64,000 nt of DNA from the NCBI GenBank assembly GCA_977017575.1, contig CDRNVI010000043.1, forward strand, positions 310,001 to 374,000, written 5' to 3'. This DNA comes from Paramoeba atlantica. Lineage: Eukaryota; Protista; Discosea. Below, one piece after another: positions 49,730-60,188 of the stretch (positions are counted from its first letter, which is position 1; each line of letters begins with the position of its first letter). Under the pieces are notes generated by a model that saw only the letters and a program-made list of their open reading frames with translations, did not search any database and was not told the DNA's origin. The position numbers and the translations under genes were made by a program.

Positions 49730-50165
49730 TAGTACCTTCGATCCACCCCCTCCAGCAACAGACCCCCCAGTAACAAGGATTTCGCTCGGCAAGGTGGTTG
49801 GAGTGGGTGTTTAGACGAGTGGGAAAAACGCGGCGGGGTGAGGGTAGTTGGACGGGACCGGAAGGTGTAGCTGCGGAGTTGGCTGGACGGAAAATCAGAG
49901 ATTCTTTCCCGGAGAGCCACACACTCCTGCCGTGCCAATAAACCGGAATTGATGCTTTGAATGACTGCAACTGTGGGTCAAGAAAAACGTAACTTATAGA
50001 AACTAGATCGAAAGTCAAACTCTTATCAACACGCACCTCTTTTTTCTTCAGATCAATCATTGAACCATTCCCGAGGCGCGCAGTAGCTGCCTTCTTGTTC
50101 ACCTTTTCGATATGGAGGAAGGAAATCTCTGGCGGAATAATATTATCTGGCGTTCTGCATCTCAT
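49710..50165 (-). CDS. Hypothetical ORF interrupted by the MITE; may be the frameshifted C-terminus of the AAA gene
   Basis: 151 aa, ends inside the MITE TIR, overlaps the AAA ORF by 23 nt. Confidence 0.35.
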   Translation of the reverse strand: MRCRTPDNIIPPEISFLHIEKVNKKAATARLGNGSMIDLKKKEVRVDKSLTFDLVSISYVFLDPQLQSFKASIPVYWHGRSVWLSGKESLIFRPANSAATPSGPVQLPSPRRVFPTRLNTHSNHLAERNPCYWGVCCWRGWIEGTTVYPPQ

Positions 50166-51525
50166 GAAATGTTAATATTTTATCGAACCTTCCAGGGCGC
50201 AGTAAGGCACTATCTAGATGCTGTAGATCCCGATTTGTGAGACCAATTACCCACATTCCCTTTGTAGCACCCAGATTTTCGCCGAAGCCGTCCATTTCAC
50301 ATAAAAGCTGCGACAGGAGCCTTTCACGAACTGACGTAGATGATTTTTCTTCAGTTTCACTGCTTCGTTTTTGCCCAAGAAGATCGATCTCATCAAAAAC
50401 AAGAACGCAAGGGACTCTCGTAGATGCAACCCGGAAAGCTGTTCGAATGTTTCTTTCCGAGTCACCAAAATATGGGGAAAATACAAGAGGACTTGATACA
50501 AGCAAGAAATTGACATGTGGAAATCTTGATTGCAACTGGTATATCATCCGTGTTTTGCCGCATCCTGATGGGCCATGAAGTAAAATAGCAGAGGATGAAC
50601 ATTTCACATGTAAGGGAGAGCTCATATGCAATGCATCTGACTTCCGCACTTCTTCATCCCGTTTCAAGTTAAATTCATAGTTTTGCACACCTTGCTGAAT
50701 TATAAAGCAGATTTTGCTTAATATTTTTTCGTAATCCAAACTGAAACTCGATGTAATGTTTGACCCTTCCTTAAAACCAGAAGTGTCCATTTGGCGCAGG
50801 TAGATAGGAAGCGACGTAATGGCCTCATGCGTATTATTTATTTTTTGGTTATTGGCGCGCTCTTCAGTTGTCGATGAATCAGATCCTTCAAAGTTGGCGG
50901 CTCTTGCGGTGATGGAGGTTCTGCAAAACACAACTGGATAAACAAAATTGATCAAGTCGACAACAAAAGAAAATTCAGTGCTCGTGACCAAAAGGATTCT
51001 CTTCGCATCTTGTTTATGAACTTGTAGAAACTCTTCGAGGTAGCGGCGCACAGCGACGTACTGGGCAGGGAGCAGTAATCTGTCGCGTCCCGAGTCACCA
51101 ACTTCCTCCATGTTGTCAAAAACAAGAATCTTCCATGTCTCGCCACGCCTTTGAGTATTAGTTTTATCTATACCCACCAATATTCTACTTTCAACACTAA
51201 AAGATGTCCTACACTGGTTTGCGTCTGGGGACGACTCTTGCCATGCCGTAAACGGACCAACACTTAGTAGCTTTGGCCAGCTTGTCCAATGAAATTCAAT
51301 GTCACATGAATTCGGATCTCCTACTCGTGATTCGGACAGCAGTTTTTGTTGAAGATGATAGACAAAAGTTGTTTTTCCACTTTTTCTGGGTCCTAACAGC
51401 GAAATACATCTGGAGTTAAAGACACATGAGCGGCAGTTTAATTTGTTGTCTAACCGATCATCCAGCGTCAGTTTGCGTAAGTACGGCAAAAGTTCCTCGC
51501 AGGGAGCTGCATATGAGGACCCCAT
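50143..51525 (-). CDS. AAA+ ATPase, CDC48/AFG2-like with a degenerate first module
   Basis: GPRKSGKT (degenerate D1); D2 with GPSGCGKT, VFDEID, LLSQLLCEMDG, IGLTNR..LDSALLRPGRFD. Stops right after the Arg finger. Confidence 0.85.
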   Translation of the reverse strand: MGSSYAAPCEELLPYLRKLTLDDRLDNKLNCRSCVFNSRCISLLGPRKSGKTTFVYHLQQKLLSESRVGDPNSCDIEFHWTSWPKLLSVGPFTAWQESSPDANQCRTSFSVESRILVGIDKTNTQRRGETWKILVFDNMEEVGDSGRDRLLLPAQYVAVRRYLEEFLQVHKQDAKRILLVTSTEFSFVVDLINFVYPVVFCRTSITARAANFEGSDSSTTEERANNQKINNTHEAITSLPIYLRQMDTSGFKEGSNITSSFSLDYEKILSKICFIIQQGVQNYEFNLKRDEEVRKSDALHMSSPLHVKCSSSAILLHGPSGCGKTRMIYQLQSRFPHVNFLLVSSPLVFSPYFGDSERNIRTAFRVASTRVPCVLVFDEIDLLGQKRSSETEEKSSTSVRERLLSQLLCEMDGFGENLGATKGMWVIGLTNRDLQHLDSALLRPGRFDKILTFHEMQNAR

Positions 51526-52016
51526 TACGAATAATGCAACATTAATCGTGCCGAAAAAATATCATAGGATCTTTAATTCTAAATAGTCACTTTCTCTACA
51601 CAACGTAATGCTAGAAGAGTAGACGGATGTCTTAATACAAGTTGAAAATGCGCGACGAGATCCACAATTAGTAGTTGGGTATGTTGCCTTCAAAAAGAAA
51701 ATAGTTAGTTCAAAAAGAAAGTAGTACCCACGTGGAATGTCCAACCAGGCCGCCAAGTACTGGTTGGACTAGTCGCATGTTTAATATTTCTGTCCGCAAT
51801 TTATAGACCGAAGATTTCGTAAAGTTAGAGGGGAAGAACAAGGCAAGCAAAAAGAAAAGAACAAGTACCCGAATGAACATTTTATTATTCTCACCTTGCG
51901 GTATGCAAGGTCCCATTCATTCGTGTTGATACTATCAACTTGATAGTTCGAAGAACTGTCAGTAGTACTGGTTCCTTAAACGAATGCAAAATATACAAGT
52001 GTGATAAAAACTGTAC

Positions 52017-52493
52017 CTATTCATCGTACAACGAGTATAAGAGCAAAGAAAGCTTATCGAAATTGGATGTTCTGCGTCGATGACCTGTTCGTATAAATTT
52101 TAGCGCACTGTTAATTTCACATTCAAAATCTCCACAAAGTGATCTGGCCTGATTCGACGGTAAAACACCCGATCCATCTGATGCAATTTGATATGCAGAC
52201 GTGTACATGGCCGCCGCACTCCTCTTCGTACCACTTCCCAGCATATTATCTTCTTTTTCAGGAATGCCTGTTGTAGACCTGAAAGCCAGTGTGGAATCAA
52301 GATGAACAAGATCGCGAACCCGTTGTTTCATAATGTGTGTATCATTCGTTTTATCCCCTTGATACAATTCTTTAGGCCAAATTTGCGTTTCTGCAACGTC
52401 GATTACTGTGTTCTTCTTGCAAACCATTGGAACAAATAATAATATTTTTCTTTCTTTCTTTTGTATTACATTGTTGTAATTCAACCCCACCAC
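52017..52493 (-). CDS. Hypothetical protein (158 aa)
   Basis: ORF on the coding strand; no motif recognised. Confidence 0.45.
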   Translation of the reverse strand: MVGLNYNNVIQKKERKILLFVPMVCKKNTVIDVAETQIWPKELYQGDKTNDTHIMKQRVRDLVHLDSTLAFRSTTGIPEKEDNMLGSGTKRSAAAMYTSAYQIASDGSGVLPSNQARSLCGDFECEINSALKFIRTGHRRRTSNFDKLSLLLYSLYDE

Positions 52494-52599
52494 AATTCAC
52501 TAATTCACTAGAACCGCTCCAATTAATTTAATTAATTTGGGTTACTATTTATTTGCTAGAAAATAAGAAAAGGCAATGATCTCAAGTTACGATAAAGTA

Positions 52600-52941
52600 T
52601 TAAATTTGAGGCCGGAATAATAATCTCCTACGGAGTCTTCCTAAATCATCCAACATAAATGACTGAAGTTGAACGGACGTAGTTTTGAGAGACCTCTGTG
52701 GCTCCTTTGTTTTTAGTGATGAAGTGTCATGTGCAAGGATAGGACAGGTTTCTTTTTGGTTCTCAATAAGCGCGTCTGTGTTTTGCTGCACGTATGAATC
52801 CCTTGAAATTGCAACCTCATCAATAGTTTGTGCGGAAAGTTTTACCAAAGTAAAATACGCTACAGAGGACAGAATTCCTGATGCGCACAGATTCCGAATA
52901 TAGTTACCTGAAAACTTCATTAATAACGTACAGAAGTACAA
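52600..52941 (-). CDS. Hypothetical small protein with an N-terminal hydrophobic segment
   Basis: 113-aa ORF on the coding strand. Confidence 0.4.
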   Translation of the reverse strand: MYFCTLLMKFSGNYIRNLCASGILSSVAYFTLVKLSAQTIDEVAISRDSYVQQNTDALIENQKETCPILAHDTSSLKTKEPQRSLKTTSVQLQSFMLDDLGRLRRRLLFRPQI

Positions 52942-54173
52942 CCAAGAACACTGCTGCTAACCAATTAACGAAATAATTGTGAGAAATAAAAATTTAGAAT
53001 GTCTATTCAAAATACGGTGGTTCCCGAACAAAAGATCTTAAAATGAAAATTCCACACCCCTAATTTATATTCTGGATACTTCATTTAAACTGATATATGG
53101 TGATTATTTGAAACACTTCACATGATTGACATTATGCAATTTTATTTTTGTGATTAGTAAGTATTAAGTATTAAGACAGGTCGACGTTCGGTCTATACTG
53201 CTCGATCTATGTCTACAGCATAAGATAATTCATACATGTACAACTCGTTGTATGTACAACCTGAGGCTCTGAAGAATCTAAAAAATACGAGAAAAGGACA
53301 AAAAAGAGCTGTCTTCATGCACTACCTTTACTGTGCCTTTATTTATTTCTATTCTATTGTATTACGTGTATGAAAAGTGCTAAATGTGAAATACCGAACT
53401 TCTATCTAGCTAAAAGATGTAGGAATCTAGTACGGGAATATACGTATTGAATGTTACAACTTTGCAACGTATTGTATCTAATCATTGAAATTAAGAAACT
53501 ATTCGTAAAAAATAAAGGGGTAAATGATATCTGTAGAAAATAACATAAAAATCTAGAAAATAAACTCTTTCAAGATCTGCTCCAGTACCGTGTTAAGTTC
53601 GATTCAGTTGCAATTAGATGCCTTTCGCTTCAGTGCCACCTCACTTTCTACAAAAACGTGATCCTGCCGCAACATTTTATGCGAGATTCGAAGTCGCGTA
53701 GGTGGAGCAGGTGATCCTTGTATGGTTCCTCCCCGAACTGAACTGCACCGAGCAACCATTGACAAAGGACGAATTCCGGCCGATGGTTTGTGTTCCGAAC
53801 TCCAACGCCAGGTTGGTGTGTACAGTTCAGAGCGCAATATTGTGCCACGGAGAGGTAGTATTGTTTTCGAGGGAGCTGGCAACATCGAGGGACCACGGTG
53901 AACAGCTGCGAGATGTACACGTGAGAGCATGTAAAGAGAGATGAAAGTTCTGTTTTAAAAAGTCTGATGAAGTTTTGTTTTGAAAGTTCTGTTTTAAAAA
54001 AAATCTGTTTTAGATAAATAGTGAAAGTTCATAAACGTAAATTTAAGAGATTCATAAATGTCTTTATACATGTTTGTACTGTACGTAAATGTACAAGAAA
54101 TATCAACCAATTTCGTAAGTCCCAATCATACCATCATACCTCTCCATCATACCTCTCGAGGTAGAGGCAAAAT

Positions 54174-55655
54174 TCATCTTCTGCTGTCAAAATCGAACGA
54201 ATTGCCCGGATATTCACGCAATTCTTCGTAATACTTCCCAGATAGAAGCATGTTTTCTATATCCTTTTCCGGAGCCTGCCGAACGCTCGAACGAGCTCCC
54301 AAATCATATTCAAGTTTACGTTTATCTGTATTTCGAGTTGATTTTTCGATTACCCATAGTCCGGTTCCGGAAGGGAATTGAGGACAATACATGTAAGGAT
54401 GCTGATTTTCAAGATCAGAAAGAATTTGCTTCTGCCATTGGCGTCGGGTATTCACGATACAGCGTCCCCACGGGCGTAGTAGATACGGAACTGCGTCTAA
54501 AAAGGTTTTAAACTCCTGCCTCTCACGATTTACAGTCTCTTGGAGGGCCATGATCACTTTCTGCAAGAGATTTGGACGAAACGGCAGTTTTTCTCGTGCT
54601 CCGTTGTCCTCAAACTCAGTTTCATGAATTTCGCCGAAGAAATTCTCTAAAAGAGAGGAAACACGGAGTAGTCCATTCCACGGCCGACTCCGAATAATAG
54701 TATTCGCAACAGAATTAGACTTACTGTACGACACGCCCACGTCATCATGGAACAAGCTCATGAGTTCCTCGTACGTAGATAAATTCAACAAGTCTGTTAT
54801 GGAATCATATCCGTTTACCACGGCTTTATCACCACGTACGGTAAAAGCCTTGGCATACCGAAATGTACAGGGTCCATCACAGCCGGTGGTAAGATCAAGC
54901 CCTCTGTCCTCATCCACGAACTGAGCTTCGCACGGACCTGTCATATCGACAATGATGGCATCAAAGAACCGTTCGGGAAACAACCCTCGTACCCCACTCA
55001 TAGGGTGCGCAAGAAACGTAAAGTGCTCAACCCCAAAGATCCTGCGTAGCTCTGTACCAAAGGGCACCTCCAGGGACTTGTCAATATCCATGGCACACAC
55101 ACGTCCGAACGGGGCAGTGTGTTGGAGTATCGCCGCACTCATGTCGCCCATTCCAAATGTCGCATCCAACACACTGAACTGTACGGGAGGGCGAGATCGG
55201 GTTGTCGCGACTGTGTTTACAACTTGTGTAAGCGCCCTCTGCAGGGTTGGAATTTGCAACCTGCTTTCCGAACGTCGTTGTAGAGCGGTTTTCTGTTCCT
55301 GCCGCACACTGCTTCGATTAGAACCATTCTCATTGGGAAACAAAATTTCATTGAAAAGAGTCCTTTTCTTTGCGACTTGCGACTCAACAATGGGTGGCGA
55401 GATAGCGTTGTTAGATCTTGTTAGGGAGACTAAAGGGCTTGATGTCGAAAAGTTCTTTGCGAAGCGCTTCCGCTTGGTGCGTGTGCTTTTTAAGGCCTCG
55501 CTACGGTTACTAGGTGAATAGACACTCGGAGGGGGGCTACTTTGGAGTCGTAAGTCATGCAAGTATTTATATCTCGGCGTCTCTAAAAGAGCCTGAACGA
55601 CTTTGTCACGAACGCTTCCCTTTACGGCAGATTGCCGTTTTATGACGATCGACAT
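54174..55655 (-). CDS. RsmH/MraW (METTL15)-like methyltransferase-fold protein, divergent; candidate mitoribosome assembly factor
   Basis: VLDATFGMG, AMDID, FDAIIVDM..QF.D.DRG..DGP, MAL..VNRE..F..L..LLRP.GR. The SFHSLEDR motif is absent. Likely start MSIVIK at 55655. Confidence 0.7.
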   Translation of the reverse strand: MSIVIKRQSAVKGSVRDKVVQALLETPRYKYLHDLRLQSSPPPSVYSPSNRSEALKSTRTKRKRFAKNFSTSSPLVSLTRSNNAISPPIVESQVAKKRTLFNEILFPNENGSNRSSVRQEQKTALQRRSESRLQIPTLQRALTQVVNTVATTRSRPPVQFSVLDATFGMGDMSAAILQHTAPFGRVCAMDIDKSLEVPFGTELRRIFGVEHFTFLAHPMSGVRGLFPERFFDAIIVDMTGPCEAQFVDEDRGLDLTTGCDGPCTFRYAKAFTVRGDKAVVNGYDSITDLLNLSTYEELMSLFHDDVGVSYSKSNSVANTIIRSRPWNGLLRVSSLLENFFGEIHETEFEDNGAREKLPFRPNLLQKVIMALQETVNRERQEFKTFLDAVPYLLRPWGRCIVNTRRQWQKQILSDLENQHPYMYCPQFPSGTGLWVIEKSTRNTDKRKLEYDLGARSSVRQAPEKDIENMLLSGKYYEELREYPGNSFDFDSRR

Positions 55656-55842
55656 GCTAACATAATTATACAAAAAAGATTGACAAATAACAGGCCCTTG
55701 AATATTGAGTATGGTTGTTCTATTTTCATCGCACACAAACAGTACATTCGTCCATCCAAAAAATATTTTAGGCACCACGATGCTACTACAGGAATGTAAA
55801 CAAATAATTTACAGCAAATAATGTATGATAAGCGAATAAGTT

Positions 55843-57324
55843 TTAAAGCGTGATTATCGTGTATATTAAAATCAGCAAAATAACTGCAGGAACGGATATT
55901 TGCTGGTTCCACAGACGAACGCATAGGCGACCGACTTTCTTATTCATAAGCTGTTGAAACACGTGCACCCTAAATGCATAGAATGTGTCAGAAATAGATT
56001 GGTTCCACGAACGACTGTACCTTCTGGAATTCCTGGTTGGCCGGAAACATACTGCTGGAGGGGATGGTGGCAGTCGTCTGGAAAGCACACTTTGTATTTG
56101 AATCTTTTCTAGCTCCGATTTTGCGGATCTAGTGTTCTGGCTAGCAAAATTTCTGGAAATTTTTTCCTTCATAGAGTTCACCAGTGGCGAACGCAGTATG
56201 TCAGCACAAGACGGCCTCAATCGAGGATCAAACGAAAGAAGTGAACGCAATAACTCCACCATTTCAGCGGGGCGAGATTGTACATCCAAATCAAAACTAA
56301 TGCACTGGTTCCTGTCATCCACTTGAGGAAGCTTGCCATGTGCCATAAGGTAGTGTAGTATCATACCCAATGACCACATATCAGATGCCCGTGAAGAAGA
56401 GTAAGAATATTTTCTTAATTGTGGATCCAGTACAAATAATTCGGGTGCCATGTACTCAGCTGTACCGGTACCTCCTGTTCGAGAGCTGGATTCCGATATT
56501 TCGATGTCGCAACTAGTGCCAAAGTCACCTACCATAAGACGCGGGAGACTGTTAATATCATCCTGCGCCGCAAGTAACAAATTTTGAGGCTTCAAATCGC
56601 GATGAAGAATATTGTGACTGTGAAGGTGATGAACCCCTGAAACCGCACAGAGGAAAAAATACCAAACAAAAGAATTTGAAAGTGCAGAGCCGGAACGCTC
56701 TACGAATATATCCAAAGATCCTTCGGAGGCATATTCCATTAGAATAAAAAGACAAGGAACGACGGGCCCAAAATCTGATATTTTGGCTTCATCTATCCAG
56801 CTGTGATTGTATTGTACAACATTGGGATGACGTGCAACGTCCTCCAATATTCGAACCTCTTTCAACACTTTCGTAAGATATTTTTCATCTTTCCCTACAG
56901 GAATCTTTTTTACTGCAAACAAACCAAGCGTGACACCTCCTACAACGTGTAAACATGCATGAACAGATGCGAAGGAACCTCTTGAAATCCTGCGGAGCTC
57001 CACGAAATTTGATGCATAGTAACCTGAACTTTTAGTACTCGGAAATACTTCTTCACCATCATCTTCACATATATTTTTCTGTGAAAGACGGCGAAAATAG
57101 GTCGCATGCGGGTATGAGGAGTCATTTCTTGTGGGGAGGTATGAACGCGTTTCCATTTTACTCTCCGATTCAGCTTGTGGTTGTGTAAAGGGCTGACGAC
57201 ACAGCGGACAGCAACGGGCACTAACGGATGGCAACCAAAGCGAAGAAGGTAAATGGTGAAGCACGGGTGATTGAAATTTTACTGTGGGGGATGGCAACAA
57301 GCTTTTTTTCATGTCGTTCTCCAT
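55843..57324 (-). CDS. IKS1: IKS1-like Ser/Thr protein kinase with a C-terminal TM segment
   Basis: GVTLGLFAVKKIPVG, FGPVVPCLFILMEY, HRDLKPQN, GDFGT, GGTGTAEYMAPE, DMWSLG. Confidence 0.85.
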   Translation of the reverse strand: MENDMKKSLLPSPTVKFQSPVLHHLPSSLWLPSVSARCCPLCRQPFTQPQAESESKMETRSYLPTRNDSSYPHATYFRRLSQKNICEDDGEEVFPSTKSSGYYASNFVELRRISRGSFASVHACLHVVGGVTLGLFAVKKIPVGKDEKYLTKVLKEVRILEDVARHPNVVQYNHSWIDEAKISDFGPVVPCLFILMEYASEGSLDIFVERSGSALSNSFVWYFFLCAVSGVHHLHSHNILHRDLKPQNLLLAAQDDINSLPRLMVGDFGTSCDIEISESSSRTGGTGTAEYMAPELFVLDPQLRKYSYSSSRASDMWSLGMILHYLMAHGKLPQVDDRNQCISFDLDVQSRPAEMVELLRSLLSFDPRLRPSCADILRSPLVNSMKEKISRNFASQNTRSAKSELEKIQIQSVLSRRLPPSPPAVCFRPTRNSRRYSRSWNQSISDTFYAFRVHVFQQLMNKKVGRLCVRLWNQQISVPAVILLILIYTIITL

Positions 57325-57554
57325 TTTGTTTCATTTGGGGAAACACTTTCTCAAGTGAGAAACGACCAGAGCATGCAAATAAATTTAATACGGATCGCGC
57401 ATAAAACGAAAACGTTTATAATAAACGTCGAATCACGTTCTTTTTTGAAGAGTGAAAGCAGAAGAAATCTTATTACACAACTACTTTTTACTTAGGTAAA
57501 ACTCACTTCTACTCAGGTAACGAAAAATAAGGAGCAAACCTACAAAAACAACCT

Positions 57555-58673
57555 CTAGTTTATCTCTTCGGGCATACATGTATGTGTTTCTGTTTCGGTG
57601 CCATCTTCCAAGGCTGAATCAACATAATTAACCAAAGCTGCTTTTCTCACTGAATTGACATAATGCATAGCCCGAATGGGATGGCCTACTATCTCCCGCA
57701 TAGAATGATGTTCCTCGGGAAATAAAATTAGCTCGCACAGTCGCCGTATCGTGAAAGGTGGATGCGGAAGCTCCACTAAATGGTCAATTATGTACTTATG
57801 GTCCTCCTTAAATGAAGTCATTTGTGCCCTGTCAGGAGCGAGGAAAGGTCGCAAAGCGCTCGCACTTCTAGTTGGAACCGAGCGACCATCAATAACTGAG
57901 GCTCCGTTGTGTACTACGCCGGTGGTGTCACTTCCTCCGTTTGATGTTTCATGTCTAGTTTCCTCGTCGTCGTTCCCAGGCGCTCGACGCGGGCGAGGAG
58001 AATACATATCCAATCCTTCGCTCATCGTCGTCACATCCACTCCAATTGGATCTCCTACCTTTGGTAAATCAACGCTGGGGGGAGGAACTAGATGATCGTT
58101 TGGTGCAGACTCTTGGCAGCTTAAATCCGCATCTAAATCACACTCCGCTCCACTCCACGTATTGTTGTGTACCTTTGCAAGAGAATAGTGAAGTGCGTCT
58201 ACGATAGCAGGTCTGAGCAACGTCCAGGAAATTCCCAAGTCTCCCTTTGCGGCGATGTTTCTCAGTACACGGTAAGGTAAATCTCCCTTTTCGTCCGCGG
58301 GTAAATTTGCGTTTTCTTCCTTCGAAGTTGGATTGCTTGATTTTTTCTTTGAGCATTTCACAGATTTTTTCTTTTTTTTCGGGGAGTCGATTTCAGGAGT
58401 TTTACTCTCGGCATTTTTTTTTGACTTCAGCAACGTCTCTGCTGCAGTTTCTGCACATGATTCCACTGTATTCATGTGTACTGCGTTCTTTGACGTTTCT
58501 GCTATGTTCTCATTCATAGGATTTTCCCACCGGCGATGCGAAATATACTCCTCAAGTTGGCGTATCATAGATTCGATTTCCGTTTTTCGATTATCGGACT
58601 CGCAAAAAGGAGCATCGGTGCCCATTCCAACCGCGATATTTTCATTCATTACAAGAATAATCAGTACCACCAA
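57555..58673 (-). CDS. PPP4R2: Protein phosphatase 4 regulatory subunit 2 (PSY4)-like
   Basis: PPFTIRRLCELILFPEEHH..YVNSVRKA; N-terminal W.LLRP.I. Confidence 0.78.
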   Translation of the reverse strand: MVVLIILVMNENIAVGMGTDAPFCESDNRKTEIESMIRQLEEYISHRRWENPMNENIAETSKNAVHMNTVESCAETAAETLLKSKKNAESKTPEIDSPKKKKKSVKCSKKKSSNPTSKEENANLPADEKGDLPYRVLRNIAAKGDLGISWTLLRPAIVDALHYSLAKVHNNTWSGAECDLDADLSCQESAPNDHLVPPPSVDLPKVGDPIGVDVTTMSEGLDMYSPRPRRAPGNDDEETRHETSNGGSDTTGVVHNGASVIDGRSVPTRSASALRPFLAPDRAQMTSFKEDHKYIIDHLVELPHPPFTIRRLCELILFPEEHHSMREIVGHPIRAMHYVNSVRKAALVNYVDSALEDGTETETHTCMPEEIN

Positions 58674-59363
58674 AAGAAATTTCGCCTATGAGCTTAAAGT
58701 TTTCTATTGAATGCAAACAACTTTCTACAGAACGCTTATGAGTGTCAAATGTTTAACGTTTTCATTATAACATTTAGTCTTATGTAAAGGATACACGAGA
58801 TGAACTTATTACATGAGTGATTAACGTCTAGAGCATGTTCCAGTCTCCTTAACGAGTCCCATGCAAAGAAATTTTGGGCTAACAATACGCGCATTTTTCA
58901 TTTATGTGTGCAGTATGTACAATTTCTCACAGATTCCTGTATGTTGAAAGAGTTGCCAGAATGACCTTTACCAAAGGTGAATCTGACTATGCGATCGTAA
59001 TGTTTATGGTACGAGGATGAGAATGTGCATTGACAGTACGAATAAAATACCAATACACTACCAGATTTCAACATTGTACCAGATACTATATAACGGGATA
59101 CAGCTATACATGTACTCGTAGTACTATTTCACACGACGTAGGCTATAATACCGCTAGGAATACGTTTGTGCCTCCCTTCAGGAAAACGAAACACACCTCT
59201 TAGAAAGTATTGCCATAAACCACATTTCAATGTCCTCTCTGCCGAAAGCATACCACCCCTCATGACAAGGTTACGCTCTTTTAGAGAGGTCGGAATGACT
59301 CCGATAAGTACATACAATTAGCCTGCGGACCTACATTCTACCGACACATAACCACTATTTTTA

Positions 59364-60188
59364 TTAATTCTGGCGATACTTTGTGTGCCGCTGCCTTCCG
59401 GTATATGCATGATTCAACTCCCCGCACATTGCGCAAAGTCGTAAAAGCATGATGCAAATATTATCACCACCTTTCATTAAATCCTCTTTTGACAGGAAAT
59501 CCGATTTCGACTGATCCAATGAATAAAGAGAAACATCATATTTCGTGGACAATTTTTCTTTTTCCCGATTTCTAGGCGCTGCAAACTGAGCAGATGTAAC
59601 ACGTATGTCTTGAAAACCTTCGATCAAAGATACGCTAGCCTCCAGTTCTTCACATGGTTTTGGATATTCAAAATTTATACTTCGCAAAATAGGACACACA
59701 CAAAATAATTCCCAGAGGCGACGAATATCCCGAATAACTAGTTTTCCTACAGGATTTGCCAAACCCGACAGCTGCATCGCGACTTGTGTGTGAAGGCATT
59801 TTACGGCATAGCAATGAGAAACGCCACCGTTACCAAATTTCCCTTTCATGGTCCTATGCCACGTAATTGCCTCCTCCTCCGTCATACATTGGGTGACAGA
59901 TTCTAAGTAGGCTGCATGACTGTTCAAGTACGCTTGTTGGAAAGATGTTTGGTTAGGGTAGCTCATACTACAAAGCAGCATTTCGTGATAAAAACCAATA
60001 CCACCTCCTCTCTCTAAGTGACCTATCACACGATTGATATGTGGGCACATAAGCCATATTGTAGTGGCGCCGACGGGTTTCAAATTTTTGTTGCCCTTTA
60101 CTTTTCCGGAGTGCAGAAAAAATTGAACTCCTATATGACCCTCGGGAGGAGACGCGCCGCACGCAATTGAGTTTTCTGGTAAAGGCAT
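59364..60188 (-). CDS. DUF501 (Rv1025-like) protein
   Basis: TTIWLMCP.INRVIGHLERGG, GNGGV..VKCLH..A..L...NPVG. Confidence 0.8.
   Translation of the reverse strand: MPLPENSIACGASPPEGHIGVQFFLHSGKVKGNKNLKPVGATTIWLMCPHINRVIGHLERGGGIGFYHEMLLCSMSYPNQTSFQQAYLNSHAAYLESVTQCMTEEEAITWHRTMKGKFGNGGVSHCYAVKCLHTQVAMQLSGLANPVGKLVIRDIRRLWELFCVCPILRSINFEYPKPCEELEASVSLIEGFQDIRVTSAQFAAPRNREKEKLSTKYDVSLYSLDQSKSDFLSKEDLMKGGDNICIMLLRLCAMCGELNHAYTGRQRHTKYRQN

Noticed and set aside
13230-54157. Short local duplications (13230-13275 GTAATAC units, 37450-37490, 38997-39028, 54131-54157)
   Set aside because: Consistent with ordinary slippage in AT-rich spacers; no further structure seen.
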